From: Paraspadella gotoi
Taxonomy: Eukaryota > Animalia > Chaetognatha
Direction of reading: 5' to 3'
Assembly: GCA_051294375.1 (NCBI GenBank)
Contig: CM119270.1
Span: forward strand, 16,760,974-16,798,729
DNA length: 37,756 nt
Below the pieces are notes generated by a model. The model ran no database searches. It was not told the DNA's origin and was given only the letters and a program-made list of their open reading frames with translations. The position numbers were made by a program, and so were the translations under genes. Positions 1-13,900 of the stretch are shown piece by piece. Within the stretch, counting starts at the first letter, position 1. Each line of letters starts with the position of its first letter.

Positions 1-432
1 AAATAATATTTTCAGAACTGTGTTTGTATCTAGTGTACAGTTGCTGTATATTTAAAGTTTAGTTTATGAATAGTAAATACCTTTTGAAATAAAGCTAATA
101 TGTATATTTGAGAACTCGATCTTTCTNNNNNNNNNNNNNNNNNNNNNNNNNNNNNNNNNNNNNNNNNNNNNNNNNNNNNNNNNNNNNNNNNNNNNNNNNN
201 NNNNNNNNNNNNNNNNNNNNNNNNNNNNNNNNNNNNNNNNNNNNNNNNNNNNNNNNNNNNNNNNNNNNNNNNNNNNNNNNNNNNNNNNNNNNNNNNNNNN
301 NNNNNNNNNNNNNNNNNNNNNNNNNNNNNNNNNNNNNNNNNNNNNNNNNNNNNNNNNNNNNNNNNNNNNNNNNNNNNNNNNNNNNNNNNNNNNNNNNNNN
401 NNNNNNNNNNNNNNNNNNNNNNNNNNNNNNNN

Positions 433-526
433 GTCGTCGTCGTCGTCGTCGTCGTCGACTTTTCAACGAGGATATTCTATCATCTCCGACCATAAGTGTC
501 AATGTCGTTTATGACGTGAACCGTTA

Positions 527-558
<32 letters not shown>

Positions 559-1020
559 CGACTCTCGTTGTTTTATGTCTCATGTTTATCGCGACGATAA
601 AAGTTTAGTACGCGTCGCGCCATCTTCGCCTGGTCGTCGCGCCCTCTGTCGTCGTAATTTTCAGAAACATTTTTTTTTCATTGTTGTCTTTGTATAATTC
701 GAGATTGTTTTATTTGTTATATATTTATTTCGGTTTTCAAGAAACTGACGCTGTGTTTCCTGTTTTACTACCGCGTGGTTGATACGGTATCAATGTCGGA
801 ATTATCATTATCATAGACATCGTCATGATCATTTCTATTATCGCCGTCATAATCATCGGCATCTTCATCATCATCTTCATCATCATCTTCACCATCATCT
901 TCATCATCATCTTCTCCATCATCGCAGTCTTTTGATCCTTCATATCTGTTTCCCTCGAGGACGATGAAGAAGAGGAAGACGATGACGACGCCGAGGACGA
1001 CGACGACGACGACGACGATA
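433..1020. repeat. Trinucleotide low-complexity region ((GTC)n, (TCA)n, (GAC)n)
   Basis: (GTC)n at 433-456 and 527-557, (TCA/TCT)n at about 850-920, (GAC)n at about 980-1018; similar tracts at 15830-15852, 30077-30125 and (GCC)n at 31071-31121. Confidence 0.85.
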
Positions 1021-1117
1021 ATAAAGAAAATGGCCGATTCAACTGAACATCTTCGGATCTCCATTCTCTCGGCCGCCGAAACCGTGAAGGGCACATCTCT
1101 ATTAAGAGACTCGGGGG

Positions 1118-1164
<47 letters not shown>

Positions 1165-1799
1165 TCATAAGATGTCGGCCACGGTCGTCGGTATACCAAA
1201 AAAAAAAAAAGTTCTTGCGAGAAAAACTAAATCTGTTTTGACGCGGGGGTCAAAAAGGCAAAGGCAGTTTTGGGTTATGGATGGAGGAAAAGGAAAAGGA
1301 GGGGAAAAAGAGGGAGGAAAGGAAAAGAGGAAGAGAAAGGAAAAAAAAGGAAAGGAGAGGAAGTGGAAGGTATAACAGAAAGATTAAATATTACGAAAAA
1401 AATAAATGCAAAATATTAATAATAAATCTTAGATTACAGGAGTGAAATGAACGGAATCGCTATTAGCTATTGAATCAAAGAAATTTCAGTAAATTATCTC
1501 TAACGAGGTAAATGTTGACCTCTCGACGTATTTTTAGACCAAAAGGTTAAGATGAAAGTCGCTGGAAAAAATCTCTTACGATTTCGTTGCAAAAGAACCA
1601 AGAAAAATGACGGGGATCAGAGGCGCCAGATAAGTTTGGGGCGTCTCCCGACAGAAGACGGGGAGAGAGAGAGAGCGAGAGAGAGAGGTGAAAAAGTCAG
1701 ACACGGCCCTCCCCTCCAAAAGAATAGAAGAACATTTTCTGGCAAAAATAGATAAAGAAAAAAAGGGAGAACCTGAAGAAAAAAGATACCCCCGACTGA

Positions 1800-1841
<42 letters not shown>

Positions 1842-1918
1842 AGGAACATTTTCTGGCAAAAATAGATATTAAAGAAAAAAAGGGAGAACCTGAAGAAAAA
1901 AGATACCCCCGACCTAAA

Positions 1919-1922
<4 letters not shown>

Positions 1923-1995
<73 letters not shown>
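1923..1995 (+). repeat. (GA)n microsatellite, representative; others at about 1121-1160, 1804-1838, 7740-7795, 8778-8856, 9880-9966, 17062-17135, 18166-18229, 28864-28927, 29658-29745, 29887-29945 and 31778-31840
   Basis: Directly visible dinucleotide runs; they produce the ERER/SLSL pseudo-ORFs. Confidence 0.95.
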
Positions 1996-1999
<4 letters not shown>

Positions 2000-2208
2000 A
2001 TAACCTGGAAGGGAGCCTGGAACCGGGGAATGAATAGGGATTCAAGGCCGCAGGGGTTAGTCGAAGTTTAGGGAACAAAAGAATGCGAAAAAAAGAAGAG
2101 ATTTCTGAGAAAAACGATTCGAAACTCGTCGGCGGCCCTTTTTTTGGAGAGGGGAGACTGGGAGGGGGGGGGGCAGGGAGGAGGGGAGGGGGAGAGAGGA
2201 GGAAAGAG

Positions 2209-2233
2209 NNNNNNNNNNNNNNNNNNNNNNNNN
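2209..2233. other. 25-N assembly gap (a second at 11422-11446); larger gaps at 127-432, 36922-37308 and 37502-37663
   Basis: N runs counted from the sequence. Confidence 0.99.
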
Positions 2234-5200
2234 AGAGAGAGATGAGAAGACAGTAGAGAGAGTGATAACCATGGAAGGAGCCCTGGAAAGCTGGGAATGA
2301 ATAGGGATTCAGCCGCAGTGGGATATAGTCGAAGTTAAAAAATAGGGACAAAAGAATCCAGGAGAGTAAAGAAGTATGAGGATTTCTGGAAGAAAAACGA
2401 TTCGAACTCGTATCGGTTGGAAATTGAATATTATATTATACCCTTTTTTTGGAGAGGGGAGGACTGGGAGGGGGGGGAGTCAGGGAGTGAAGGAGGAGGG
2501 GAGAGAGGGAGTTGAAGAGAAAAGATGTTGGGGCGGAAATAAGAAAACGGAAAATATACAGAAATAGAAAAAAAATAAATTCTAACGAGGTACGTCAAAG
2601 CCCGGACTATTTTAACAGTAAATAAACACGACAAAATTTCGTATATAAGGCATTTTTTTTGATCTTACAGACAGGTTAGAAGAAACTTAATTTACAATTA
2701 CCAATATAATTTACTATATCAACTGTTGAATCCCATTAATGAAGGCATTAAAGATGGAAAAGAGACAAGTTTTGAGTTGTTTCAATTGTTATTCTTCATC
2801 TTTATCGCTTTTTATTCAACCGAGATAGATGAATGCCGACCCTCTTCGTCGTCACCATCCCCCCAACCCCTCCACTAACCAACCCAGCCACAACCCTCCG
2901 ACAATTCGGGCGGATAATATGATCTTGTATTTTTTAGAGATTTCTAATGCGTATTATTAATAATTGAATGCCGATATGAAAGCCACGTAAACAATACACT
3001 GACTGAAATAACATGAAAGGTGAGGAGAAGGTGATGGTCGATCGCCACGTATGTAGATTTCACCATCTTGGCGTTAGACTTGAGCGGGTCAGCTCACAAC
3101 GGACTAGGCCACACACTTATATTTGACGAAACGGGATCTTATTAGAGTGGCATGGTCGCAGCATAAGAAAATTCGACTCAGATAACTTTTTCTCGGAATA
3201 AAGTTTTTTATAATTATTAGTACTAGTAGGGCTATGAACCACAAGTATCAGAGGTTATCCGAACAAAGCATAAATGAGGGTGTAAAAAGCAGATAAACGG
3301 ATGTAATGGTTTATAAACTTGTGACCAATTGATAAGGGAAAAATTTCGTCATACATGATTTCGTTTATCTGCATTATAGATCGAAGCAGGCTACTAGTTT
3401 AATACATATCCTAACTAAACCAGTACATACTGTCATTTACTTATTGCCATTTATTGTTTTTTTATACTGCAGGAGAAGAAAACAATAATGTTTTCTCTAG
3501 GTGGTTTTTGAACCTAGAGATTTCGGGAAAAGTGGCGTCTTTGAATTCTAGACTGGGACTGGACTAATTCTGCCGCATAACATCAAAACCAGATGGAGAG
3601 TTGGGGTATGTACAATGGCGGCAGCACATGAGACGATGGCGACGGTGCCAGAGCGCTGGAGATGGCCTGGAGACGAAAAAGTCCTCAGTAGAGTCGACCG
3701 TCAGGCTGAAGGCCGAGATAATGACGACTGGTCACACTAGACCCGCAGGACTTGGACGAAAGGTCTGTAAGTCCGTTCGATGCTGTTCTCGGTGGTTATG
3801 TCGTTAGTAAGAAGTCCGTGTAGGTAGTGGCGTAGGCTTGCTGGTAGTTGTTGTTGTAGTTCACAATTTAGTAGGCCTGTGGCTGGGAGTATCGCTCTGT
3901 GAGGCAAGGTATATCGTAGCTGTGCTGTTTAAGAAGGTCCGCTCCGGGGCAAAGAAATAGCAGCAAAATCATTATAGGGTGAGGATCTCTTCGTCGGAGA
4001 GACAGGTTGGAATTCGGATGTACGAATTACCAAGGAAAACCCCAAACAAGGACAAAAAGATCGCTGACCCAGCAAATATAGCTCATAGGGAAGTAAATTC
4101 GTAAAGGTGTACTTCTTGCGTTACAATTAAGATATTTCATGAAGGCCAGAGAATGAAGTGCCGGGGAATATATTAGAAGAGTAAATTCGTTAGTCTGCCC
4201 TATAGAAAAAGTCCACCAAAACCAGGCGAGATACAGCAATTCTCTTTATATAATATAAGATTTCCTGTTATAATATTATCTGATAGATGAGGTGTTCTTT
4301 ATATTATATAGCTTTTTGAGCATTAATACTGAAAAAGAATAAAAACCACAGATATGACAATTTGGAGATCTAAGAAGATAGCAGCCTTCTGTTGACGTTG
4401 GATAGGCAGGATAATATCCCCAGAGTTTAGTATCCTAAAATGGATATTTTGTTTTCAAGAAAATTTCTATTTTATTTTGTCAATCACAATGAAAAGCAGA
4501 GGAGCGGGTGTGCTAATCCGGCGTTTAGTTTGCAAGCCTAGTCTATATGATCAGAGAATCAGGCTGTTGTACACGAGACCACTGACCATTTTGTGTCGGA
4601 ATTTCTGGTAAATCTTTTGGACAGTAGTTGTTATTTATCTGTGTGAAGAAGGAGGAGAGAGGAACAGAGAAGAGAGGAAAGGAGAGAGAAGCAGATGAGA
4701 AAGAGAAGATGAGAGGAGTATTGCAGAGTGGTCACCGAGGAAGAGAAGACGGGAGAAGAGGACGAAGAAGAGAAAGGTAGAGCGAGAGAAGAAGACGAAG
4801 TGTAACGAGGAGAGAAACTGTACAGTAATGACAAAGAGCAGAAAATTGACAAAGAGAGAAATCAGTTGGCGGGGCGAGAATAATGTGTAGAGACAAGTGT
4901 GCTAAGCTTCAGTGATTTTCTTCATGATATAGAGGTAAATTATTACAATAGTTGAGTATTGTTTGGTTCGTAACATATTATTGTTAATCATATTTATTAA
5001 GTTAACCCAAATATTTCGAAGTGGCAAATACTAGATGAATAGTCAGCGATGTGAAATTTGACCGAATATATTGTGATATAAAGAGACTGAAATGCCCGTG
5101 GCGAAGCACACTCGCGAACACACTTAATTTAGAGAACAAATTGATTAAAAGATTGATTCAATCTCATCTGGACTTCACCGTTGCCGTTGGCAAAGCAAGT

Positions 5201-7273
5201 ACTTTATAAGAAAAAAATTAATCGAGTATATACATTATTTGTCCGTATTTTTTGTATTTTGTAAAAAAAAGTAAGTTGAATAAAACTCTCAGAACAATTG
5301 GTTTAATTAAGTCTCAATGAGAAATTAAAATTAATTTAATTGAGCTGAGGTGATAGCAATCAATGATTTTAGTTTGGGTAAAAAGTGTAATGGTTCGATT
5401 CCATTCATTTCATGCGTTGCCGACATATGTTCATTTACTAAAGATTAATGACCGAAATTTTTGAACCTTCTAATACAGTATTCATTAGATTTCAAACAGA
5501 GCACCTTCTTAACAAGAGATCGCTTCAACTATGTCCATCTCCACGCGAAAATTAGTTGAACATATAATTTGATTATTCAGAATGTAGATCATTTGTGAAT
5601 TTTATAGTATCATCGTTTTAGCTAAAATGTTTTTTATTCTTAGAGCCCTGAGGAATTCATTGATTAGTGCCCTCATTCTCTCACTGAATATTATCTTTGT
5701 CAATATTTTTTGAAATTCTGTTAACGTTGGCCGAGTTGGAAATCGAAACCTTAAAATTTCTTCTTGAATTTCAAGAAATAGTAAATCTATATACACCGCC
5801 TAAAATTCCATTCCTTTTTTTGTAATTCATGACCAAAGCTGGTTCAATTTTTAAAAGAGTCATGTTAATATTATTATTCCATATGCGCATTCCCTTCGAC
5901 GTTATTACATTGAGAATAGTAAACCGCGCTCTTCGATTTTTCTCACTCCGATCTCGAATTCTTTTCCTAGCGAACGCAAAATTCTCCTACCTCCACTGGG
6001 TGCAGGTCATTCACCCGCGTGGTCGGCACGAACTGTTGGAAATCTCGCCGCTGTGAGAAGAGCTTGTATATGAGCGTCCGTCCCACTCGAGTGGGTGGAG
6101 ACGCCGACCCGTCGCGGATGGCGCACTCATGGGCGTTCCCATCACGTTGCTGAGTAGCCAAGGTGGTATGGGCCACGGAGCTTCAGTGCGGGTCGGATAT
6201 CGCTCCACCTCAGACTACCGCGATCACGCAGCAACTGCCGGAGAGCCGCCAGCCTCGACGTCGGAGAATTCTTCGCGCGAGTATGGCGCGGGGATGAGAG
6301 GATAAGTCGCATCTGAGTCGGCGGAACGAGAGGCGCCGCGCCGCACGCCGCGCGGCGGGTAGTTGGCACGCGGAAACGTGAGTCGTAGTGGGTCGGGTGA
6401 AGGAGACCCTAAAGTAAGGGCAAAAAGTAATAAAAAGTTGGATATAATGTTTATAAGTACGCTAATACAGAGTTATGAATGACTTAATACGGGTTAAATC
6501 ACTAAATTAGAACTATTATACTAATAATCACTTTTCTAATAATAAATCCCACTAAATATACATAAAAATAATAAAATTACGTTAATAGATAATTATAGAT
6601 ATATTATTGACTGACTTAATTCTTTTATATTAGTTTTGTCATTTCTATATTAGGTATAAGCATATTATTATTTCATATCACCTTCCTCGCCTCAAATAAG
6701 TCGGCGCGCCCTCACCCCCAGCAGACTCATCTACCGCTCAGCGGCGATTGAAGGCATCGCCGAGACAAGGGACACGGATTCCACACGCTGGATATATATT
6801 TGACACCACGGCGCAATGGTGTGATGGCTAAGGCCGGCGTTGGGCTTCGCTCAGAGATTTTGGCGCCGTGACGGATGAGTTTAGCGGCGAGCCATGAGCG
6901 GACTTCGCAGCGCTGTCCGAGGAAGAGAAAAGATGTGGGGCGGAAATAAGAAAAGGAAAAATAAAGAAAATAGAAAAAAAAATAAATTCTGACGTCAAAG
7001 CCCGGACTATTTATAATAAATGAAAAGGACAAAATTTCGATACTATAGCACTTTTTTATTTTACAAAGGTTCAAAAAATACTATTTACAATACAATATTT
7101 TACTATCAACTGTGATCCATTAAGAAGCAATAAGATGGAAAAGAAGACAAAGTTTTGAGTTGTTTCATTGTTATTCTTCACTTTCGCTTTTCAACCGAGA
7201 TGTGAATGCCACCTCTGTCTCACCACCCCCCAACCCCCTCCAACCACCCCCAACCCACAACCCCCTCCGACAA

Positions 7274-7504
7274 TCACGACAGAATCGGCAGCACCGTCTC
7301 CCTCCGCCTCCACTGAGTCATCGCCACGTCGGGCGCCCGTTCGTCGTAGAAGCAGGCGAAGTCCGTCTCGCCAGGCGGTCGTTCCTCGGACACGTCAGGC
7401 ATCTCGAAGGCGACGTTGCGGTCGGCGTCGAGACGAGCGCCCGCGTGGGAGTCTTCGTCGGGGCGTTGATCGAGACGATGGGGAAGTGGAGCCGGGAAGT
7501 CGGT
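7274..7504 (-). CDS. CIMIP6: CIMIP6-like probable terminal exon 5 (TDFPAPLPH...ETVLPILS*)
   Basis: tttttccag| acceptor in phase 0, GC-rich, open to TGA at 7274. No conserved motif recognised. Confidence 0.6.
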   Translation of the reverse strand, partial: TDFPAPLPHRLDQRPDEDSHAGARLDADRNVAFEMPDVSEERPPGETDFACFYDERAPDVAMTQWRRRETVLPILS

Positions 7505-7740
7505 CTGGAAAAATCGGGGGGAGAAATGAGCCGGGAAGATTTTTTTTTTTTTAATTCGGTTTTTTATTTTGAGATTAATGCATTTTTTGATCATTTTAGG
7601 CAAAATGGTTTTTGTTTTACAACGAATTTTTTTATTTTTCATAGAAAAAACCGGCATGTTATCGGCTTTGTTGCAAGCCTTCTTCAGCGTCAAACAATTT
7701 GTGAATTTTGGACCAGTTTTTTGTTGTGAAAGAAGGGAGA

Positions 7741-7781
<41 letters not shown>

Positions 7782-8773
7782 GAGAGAGAGAGAGACAGAA
7801 GACAGAAAATTGACGATAGTTGGCGCATCTTTAATCATTAATTGATTTGGTTATTTATCGTCAAAATTGAGTGGCAAATCCAGCGTTTGAATGATTAATC
7901 GTGCGACAACTTAATTTAGAGACAAATTGATTAAAAGATTGATTCATTCATTTATAAAATTGATTAATGATGAATACAGAATTACTGTATTGAGCTGAGT
8001 GTGATAGATCAATGATTAGTAAATGTTCGATTCATTCATTCATTCATCTATCCATTCATAGATTCACCCATCCCTCTCCCGCTCTACCTCGTCCTCTTCC
8101 CTCGGCACCGCGGAGCAGGGCGTCACCACCGTCGGGTCCTCAGCCTCCGCGTCACGCAGCAGCGCCGCCAGCCTCGCGTCGAGATTCTCCGGATGCGCGG
8201 GATGAGAGGAGTCGATGAGTCGGCGGACGAAGGCGCCGCGCCGCACGCCGCGCGGCGGGTAGTTGGCCGCGGAACGTGAGTCGTAGTGGGCGGTGAAGGA
8301 GACCTAAGAGTAGGGCAAAAAGTATAAAAGTTGGATATAATTTTATAAGTACCTAATACGAGTTATAATACTATATAATATAATACTAGTTAATAATCAT
8401 TAATAATAATAATCCGCCTAATAATAAAAAAAATAATAAAAATTACGTATAGATATATATAGATATATTATTGACGACTTATTCTTTTTAATATTTTGTT
8501 CTGATATTTAGGTATAATTATTATTTCAATCACCTTCTCCAAATAAGTCGGCGCCTCGCTCTCCGTCAGCGCGTTGACCGGCACGATTCCCACGGCGCGT
8601 CTTCGGTCAGAGTTGGCGCCGTGACGAGTTTGCGGCGAGACGCTCCACGCGTTTTCGTGACCGAAGTCCGTTCTGACCTGGGGTGGCGGAGAGATAGATC
8701 AGGAACATTTTCTGGCAAAAATAGAATAAAGAAAAAAAGGGAGAACCTGAAGAAAAAAGATACCCCGACTAAA

Positions 8774-8858
<85 letters not shown>

Positions 8859-9880
8859 TAACCTGGAAGGGAGCCTGGAACCGGGGAATGAATAGGGATT
8901 CAAGGCCGCAGGGTTAGTCGAAGTTTAGGGAACAAAAGAATGCGAAAAAGAAGAGAATTTCTGAGAAAAAACGATTCGAAACTCGTTCGGCGCCCTTTTT
9001 TTGGAGAGGGGAGCTGGGAGGGGGGGGGCAGGGAGGAGGGGAGGGGAGAGAGGAGGAAAGAGAAAAGATGTGGGGCGGAAATAAGAAAAGAAAATAAAGA
9101 AAATAGAAAAAAATAAAGTTCCTGACGCGTCAAAAGCCCGGACTATTTATAATAAATGAAAAGGACAAAATTTCGATACTATAGTCTTTTTTATTTTACA
9201 AAGGTTCAAAAAAATACTATTTACAATACAATATTTTACTATCAACTGTGATCCATTAAGAAGCAATAAGATGGAAAAGAAGACAAAGTTTTGAGTTGTT
9301 TCATTGTTATTCTTCACTTTCGCTTTTCAACGCAAGATGTGAATGCCACGGTCTGTCTCACACCCCCCCCACCACCGCCCAACCCACAACCCACCTCCGC
9401 ACATCAGACAGAATCGGCAAGCACCGTCCTCTCCCTCCGCCTCCACTGAGTCATCGCCACGTCGGGCGCCCGTTCGTCGTAGAAGCAGCGGAAGTCCGTC
9501 TCGCCAGGCGGTCGTTCCTCGGACACGTCAGGCACCCTCGAAGGCGACGTTGCGGTCGCGTCGAGACCGAGCGCCCGCGTGGGAGTCTTCGTCGGGGCGT
9601 TGATTCGAGACGATGGGGAAGTGGAGCCGGGAAGTCGGTCTGGAAAAATCGGGGGGAGAAATGAGCCGGGAAGATTTTTTTTTTTTTAATTCGGTTTTTT
9701 TTATTTTGAGATTAATGTGCATTTTTTTGATCATTTTAGGCAAAATGGTTTTTGTTTTCAAACGAATATTTTTATTTTTCATAAAAGAAAAACCGGACAT
9801 GTTTCGGCTTTAGTTGCAAGCCTTCTTCAGCGTCAAACAATTTGTGAATTTTGGACAGTTTTTTGTGTGAAGAAGGGAGA

Positions 9881-9967
<87 letters not shown>

Positions 9968-10925
9968 AGAAGACAGAAAATTGACGATAGTTGGCGCATC
10001 TTTAATCATTAATTGATTTTTGGTTATTTATCGTCAAAATTGAGTGGCAAAATCCAGCGTTTGAATGATTAATCAGTGCGACAACTTAATTTAGAGACAA
10101 ATTGATTAAAAGATTGATACATTCATTTATATAAAATTGATTAATGTGAAATACAGAATTACTGTATTGAGCTGAGTGTTGATAGATCAATGATTAAGTA
10201 AATGTTTCGATTCATTCATTCATTCATCTATCCATTCATAGATTCCACCCATCCCTCTCCCGCTCTACCTGCGTCCTCTTCCCTCGGCACCGCGGAGGCA
10301 GGGCGTCACCACCGTCGGTCCTCAGCCTCCCGCGTCACGGCAGCAGGCCGCCAAGCCTCGCGTCGAGATTCTCCGGATGCGGGGATGGAGAGGAGTCGAT
10401 GAGTCGGCGGAACGAAGGCGCCGCGCCGCACGCCGCGCGGCGGGTAGTTGGCCGCGGAACGTGGAGTCGTAGTGGGCGGTGAAGGAAGACCTAAGAGTAG
10501 GGCAAAAAGTATAAAAGTTGGATATAATTTTATAAGTACCTAATACGAGGTTATAATACTATATATATAATACTAGTTAATAATCATTAATAATAATAAT
10601 CCGCCTAATAATAAAAAAAATAATAAAAATTACGTATAAGATATAATAATATAGATATATTATTGACGACATTATTCTTTTTAAATATTTTGTTCTGATA
10701 TTTAGGTATAATTATTATTTCAATCACCTTCTCTCAAATAAGTCGGCGCCTCGCTCTCCGTCAGCGCGTTGACGCGGCACGATTCCCACGGCGCCGTCTT
10801 CGGTCAGAGTTGGCGCCGTGACGAGTTTGCGGCGAGACGCTCCACGCGTTTTTCGTGACCGAAAGTCCGTTCTGACCTGGGGTGGCGGAGAGATGGGGAG
10901 GATTTCTCTCTCTCTCTCCCTCTCT

Positions 10926-10977
<52 letters not shown>

Positions 10978-13900
10978 GTCCCGTGTTTCTCGTGGCGAAT
11001 CCGGGAGCATGTTTCGGCTCCTTGAACGGTGTTGTCTTCCACCAATTGTCCCTGAATGACGCGAGTAGACAGACGCCCAAATCAGTGTAGACGTCGGCAA
11101 ACGGGATCGCTGAAAAGATGAAAGAGATTTCTTGTCTTTGTTGTTGTTGTTTTCCCATTTAAATTTGTTTAAAGTGGATTCTTTTTATTTTAAATATTAT
11201 GCCACTTCATTGATGGATAAGTCAGTAACTCTGGGAGTGAATATACTAGACTGTGTGAGAGTCTTCATTGAAACCTTGCAGGAGCCTGCCATTGTTAATA
11301 TCTTGTAAGATATATTTTTGTCCAAAGTTAGGGTAGATAGCTTAATTATTGAATAAATTGGAAAATTGTTTTATTGGTTGTAGCCAATTTCACATAATTA
11401 CTATTCTTGTTACTTCCGCCANNNNNNNNNNNNNNNNNNNNNNNNNGGGAGGATTTCTCTCTCTCGTACTCCCCTCTCTCTTCCCCCTTTTTTCCTTCTC
11501 CTCTCCCTCTCTTCTCTGCTCGTCTTTCTCGTCTCTCTCTCTCTCTCCTCTCTCTCTCTCCGTTCCTCTTCTCATTCTCTCTCTCTCTTCTCTCTCTCTC
11601 ATCTCACTCGGTCCCGTGTTTTTCTCGTGGCGATCCCGGGACATGTTTCGGCTCCTTGAACGGTGTTGTCTTCCACCACTTGTCCTGAATGACGCGAGTA
11701 GACAGAACGCCAAATCAGTGTAGACGTCGCAAACGGGATCGCTGAAAAGATGAAAGAGATTTCTTGTCTTTGTTGTTGTTGTTTTCCCATTTAAATTTGG
11801 TTTAAAGTGGATTCTTTTTATTTTAAATATTATGCCACTTCATTGATGGATAAGTCAGTAACTCTGGGAGTGAATATACTAGACTGTGTGAGAGTCTTCA
11901 TTGAAACCTTGCAGGAGCCTGCCATTGTTAATATCTTGTAAGATATATTTTTGTCCAAAGTTAGGGTAGATAGCTTAATTAAATGAATAAATAAATAAAG
12001 TACTTATTTATAATTAAAATATAAATTTAATATATATTAAAAAATATATAATATTTAATATTTATAATTAAATTTAAAATAAAAATAATATATATTTAAT
12101 TAATATTAAATTTTTAAAAATTTTTATTAAAATAGATAATAATTTATATTAATAATAAATTATTATAAATTATAATATAAAAATTATTTAATTATAATTA
12201 TTTATATATTAATATTATTTATATTGTATAATATATATTATTATATTATTAATATTAAATATAAATTATAACATATTAAATAAATAATAATTTAATATTA
12301 TTTTATTTATATTAAATATTAAATATTATAAATATATTATTATATATATTATAATATTATATATTAATTTATAATAATTATAAATAATATATAAATATAA
12401 TATTATATATATTTTTAATATCAATATAATTATTATAAATATATATAAATTATTATAATAATTTAATTTAAAAAAATTTTCAATTTTATATTAATTTATA
12501 TATATAATATTTAATTAAAATAATTATAATATATAAAAAATATATTTATAAATAATATATATAAATATAATATATAAATTTAATATAATAATAAATTTTT
12601 TAATATATATTATTATAATAATTATAAATTAATATATATTTATAAATTTATTATTAAATAATAAAAATATTTTAATATTTAATTATTTATTATATAATTA
12701 ATATATAATATTTTATAATAAATAATAAATTTAATTCAATATATAATAAATAATAATATAATATATTATAATTATATCTATATATTAAAAAAAAATAAAA
12801 TAAAAAAATATATATAAATATATATATATAATATTATATATAATAATATATAATTAAATTAATTAATTTTAATTATTTTAAATAAATATATTTTAATAAT
12901 TATTAATTTTATTATAAAATATTTATTAAAAAAATATTTATATAAATTTTAATAATAAATATATTTATTATATTAATATAAATTTTTTATTATTATATTT
13001 AAATTTTATTTTATAATTTAATTATTATATTTATAATAATATCAACATTAAATATTAATAATATATATAATAATAATTAATAAATTATAATAAAGAATTT
13101 AATAAATATTTATTAATTTTTATTTATTTTATAAATATAAATTATTTTAATTATAAATAAAATTTATATTTATATATATTTTTATATATTATTATTATTA
13201 TTTAATATTCATATAATTTATATATATATATATATATTATTTATTAATATATATATAATTAATTAGTTATAATATATTATATATTATATTAATATTATAT
13301 ATAAAATATATTAATTTAATTTATATTAATTATATAAATATAAATATTTTATTTTAAATTTATATTATTTAATATAAATTATATATATATTTATTATTTT
13401 ATTATTAATATTATTAATAATATTATTAATTAAATATTAATTAATAATAGATATATGTTATATATATTATTTAATTATAATATATTATTATTATAAATTA
13501 TTATATAATTAATATTATATTTTTATAATAATTATATATCAATTGATTAATTATTTATAATATATATTATTAATAATAATTAAATAATAATATTAAAATA
13601 TAATTTAATAATTATAATATTATTAATAATTAATTTAATTATTATATTAAATATATTATAAAATTATATAATAATATATGAAATATAAATTAAAAATTTA
13701 TTTAATATATTATTATTTATAAATTATATTAATTTTTATAAATATATAATTTGATTATTAAAAATTTTTTAATAATAAATATAATAATAATATATTAATT
13801 AATATAATTTATATAATTATATATATTAATTTAAATTTATTTTATATTTTTACTATTATAAAATAAAATATAGATATATATTTAATAATTTTAAAAATAT

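Larger units (their letters stand above)
1730..6925. other. Degraded third copy of the duplicated unit, interleaved with the reverse complement of about 22920-23900; probable chimeric consensus
   Basis: 1838-2208 matches 8697-9060; 6200-6910 holds noisy exon 4 and exon 3 remnants; 5540-6000 matches revcomp 22970-23370; 3020-3360 matches revcomp 23640-23890. Confidence 0.75.

Noticed and set aside
95-608. ORFs spanning N-gaps (also 36852-37699)
   Set aside because: Artefacts of translating through N runs.
737-1199. ORFs with poly-Asp, poly-Val, poly-Met or poly-His tracts
   Set aside because: Explained by trinucleotide low complexity read in several frames; no convincing splice or homology support.
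11635-11653. AGCCGAAACATGTCC on the minus strand of exon 2, identical to the 3' half of the hammerheads
   Set aside because: No CTGANGA or stem II partner upstream; it encodes EPKHV in a coding exon, so it is treated as coincidence.
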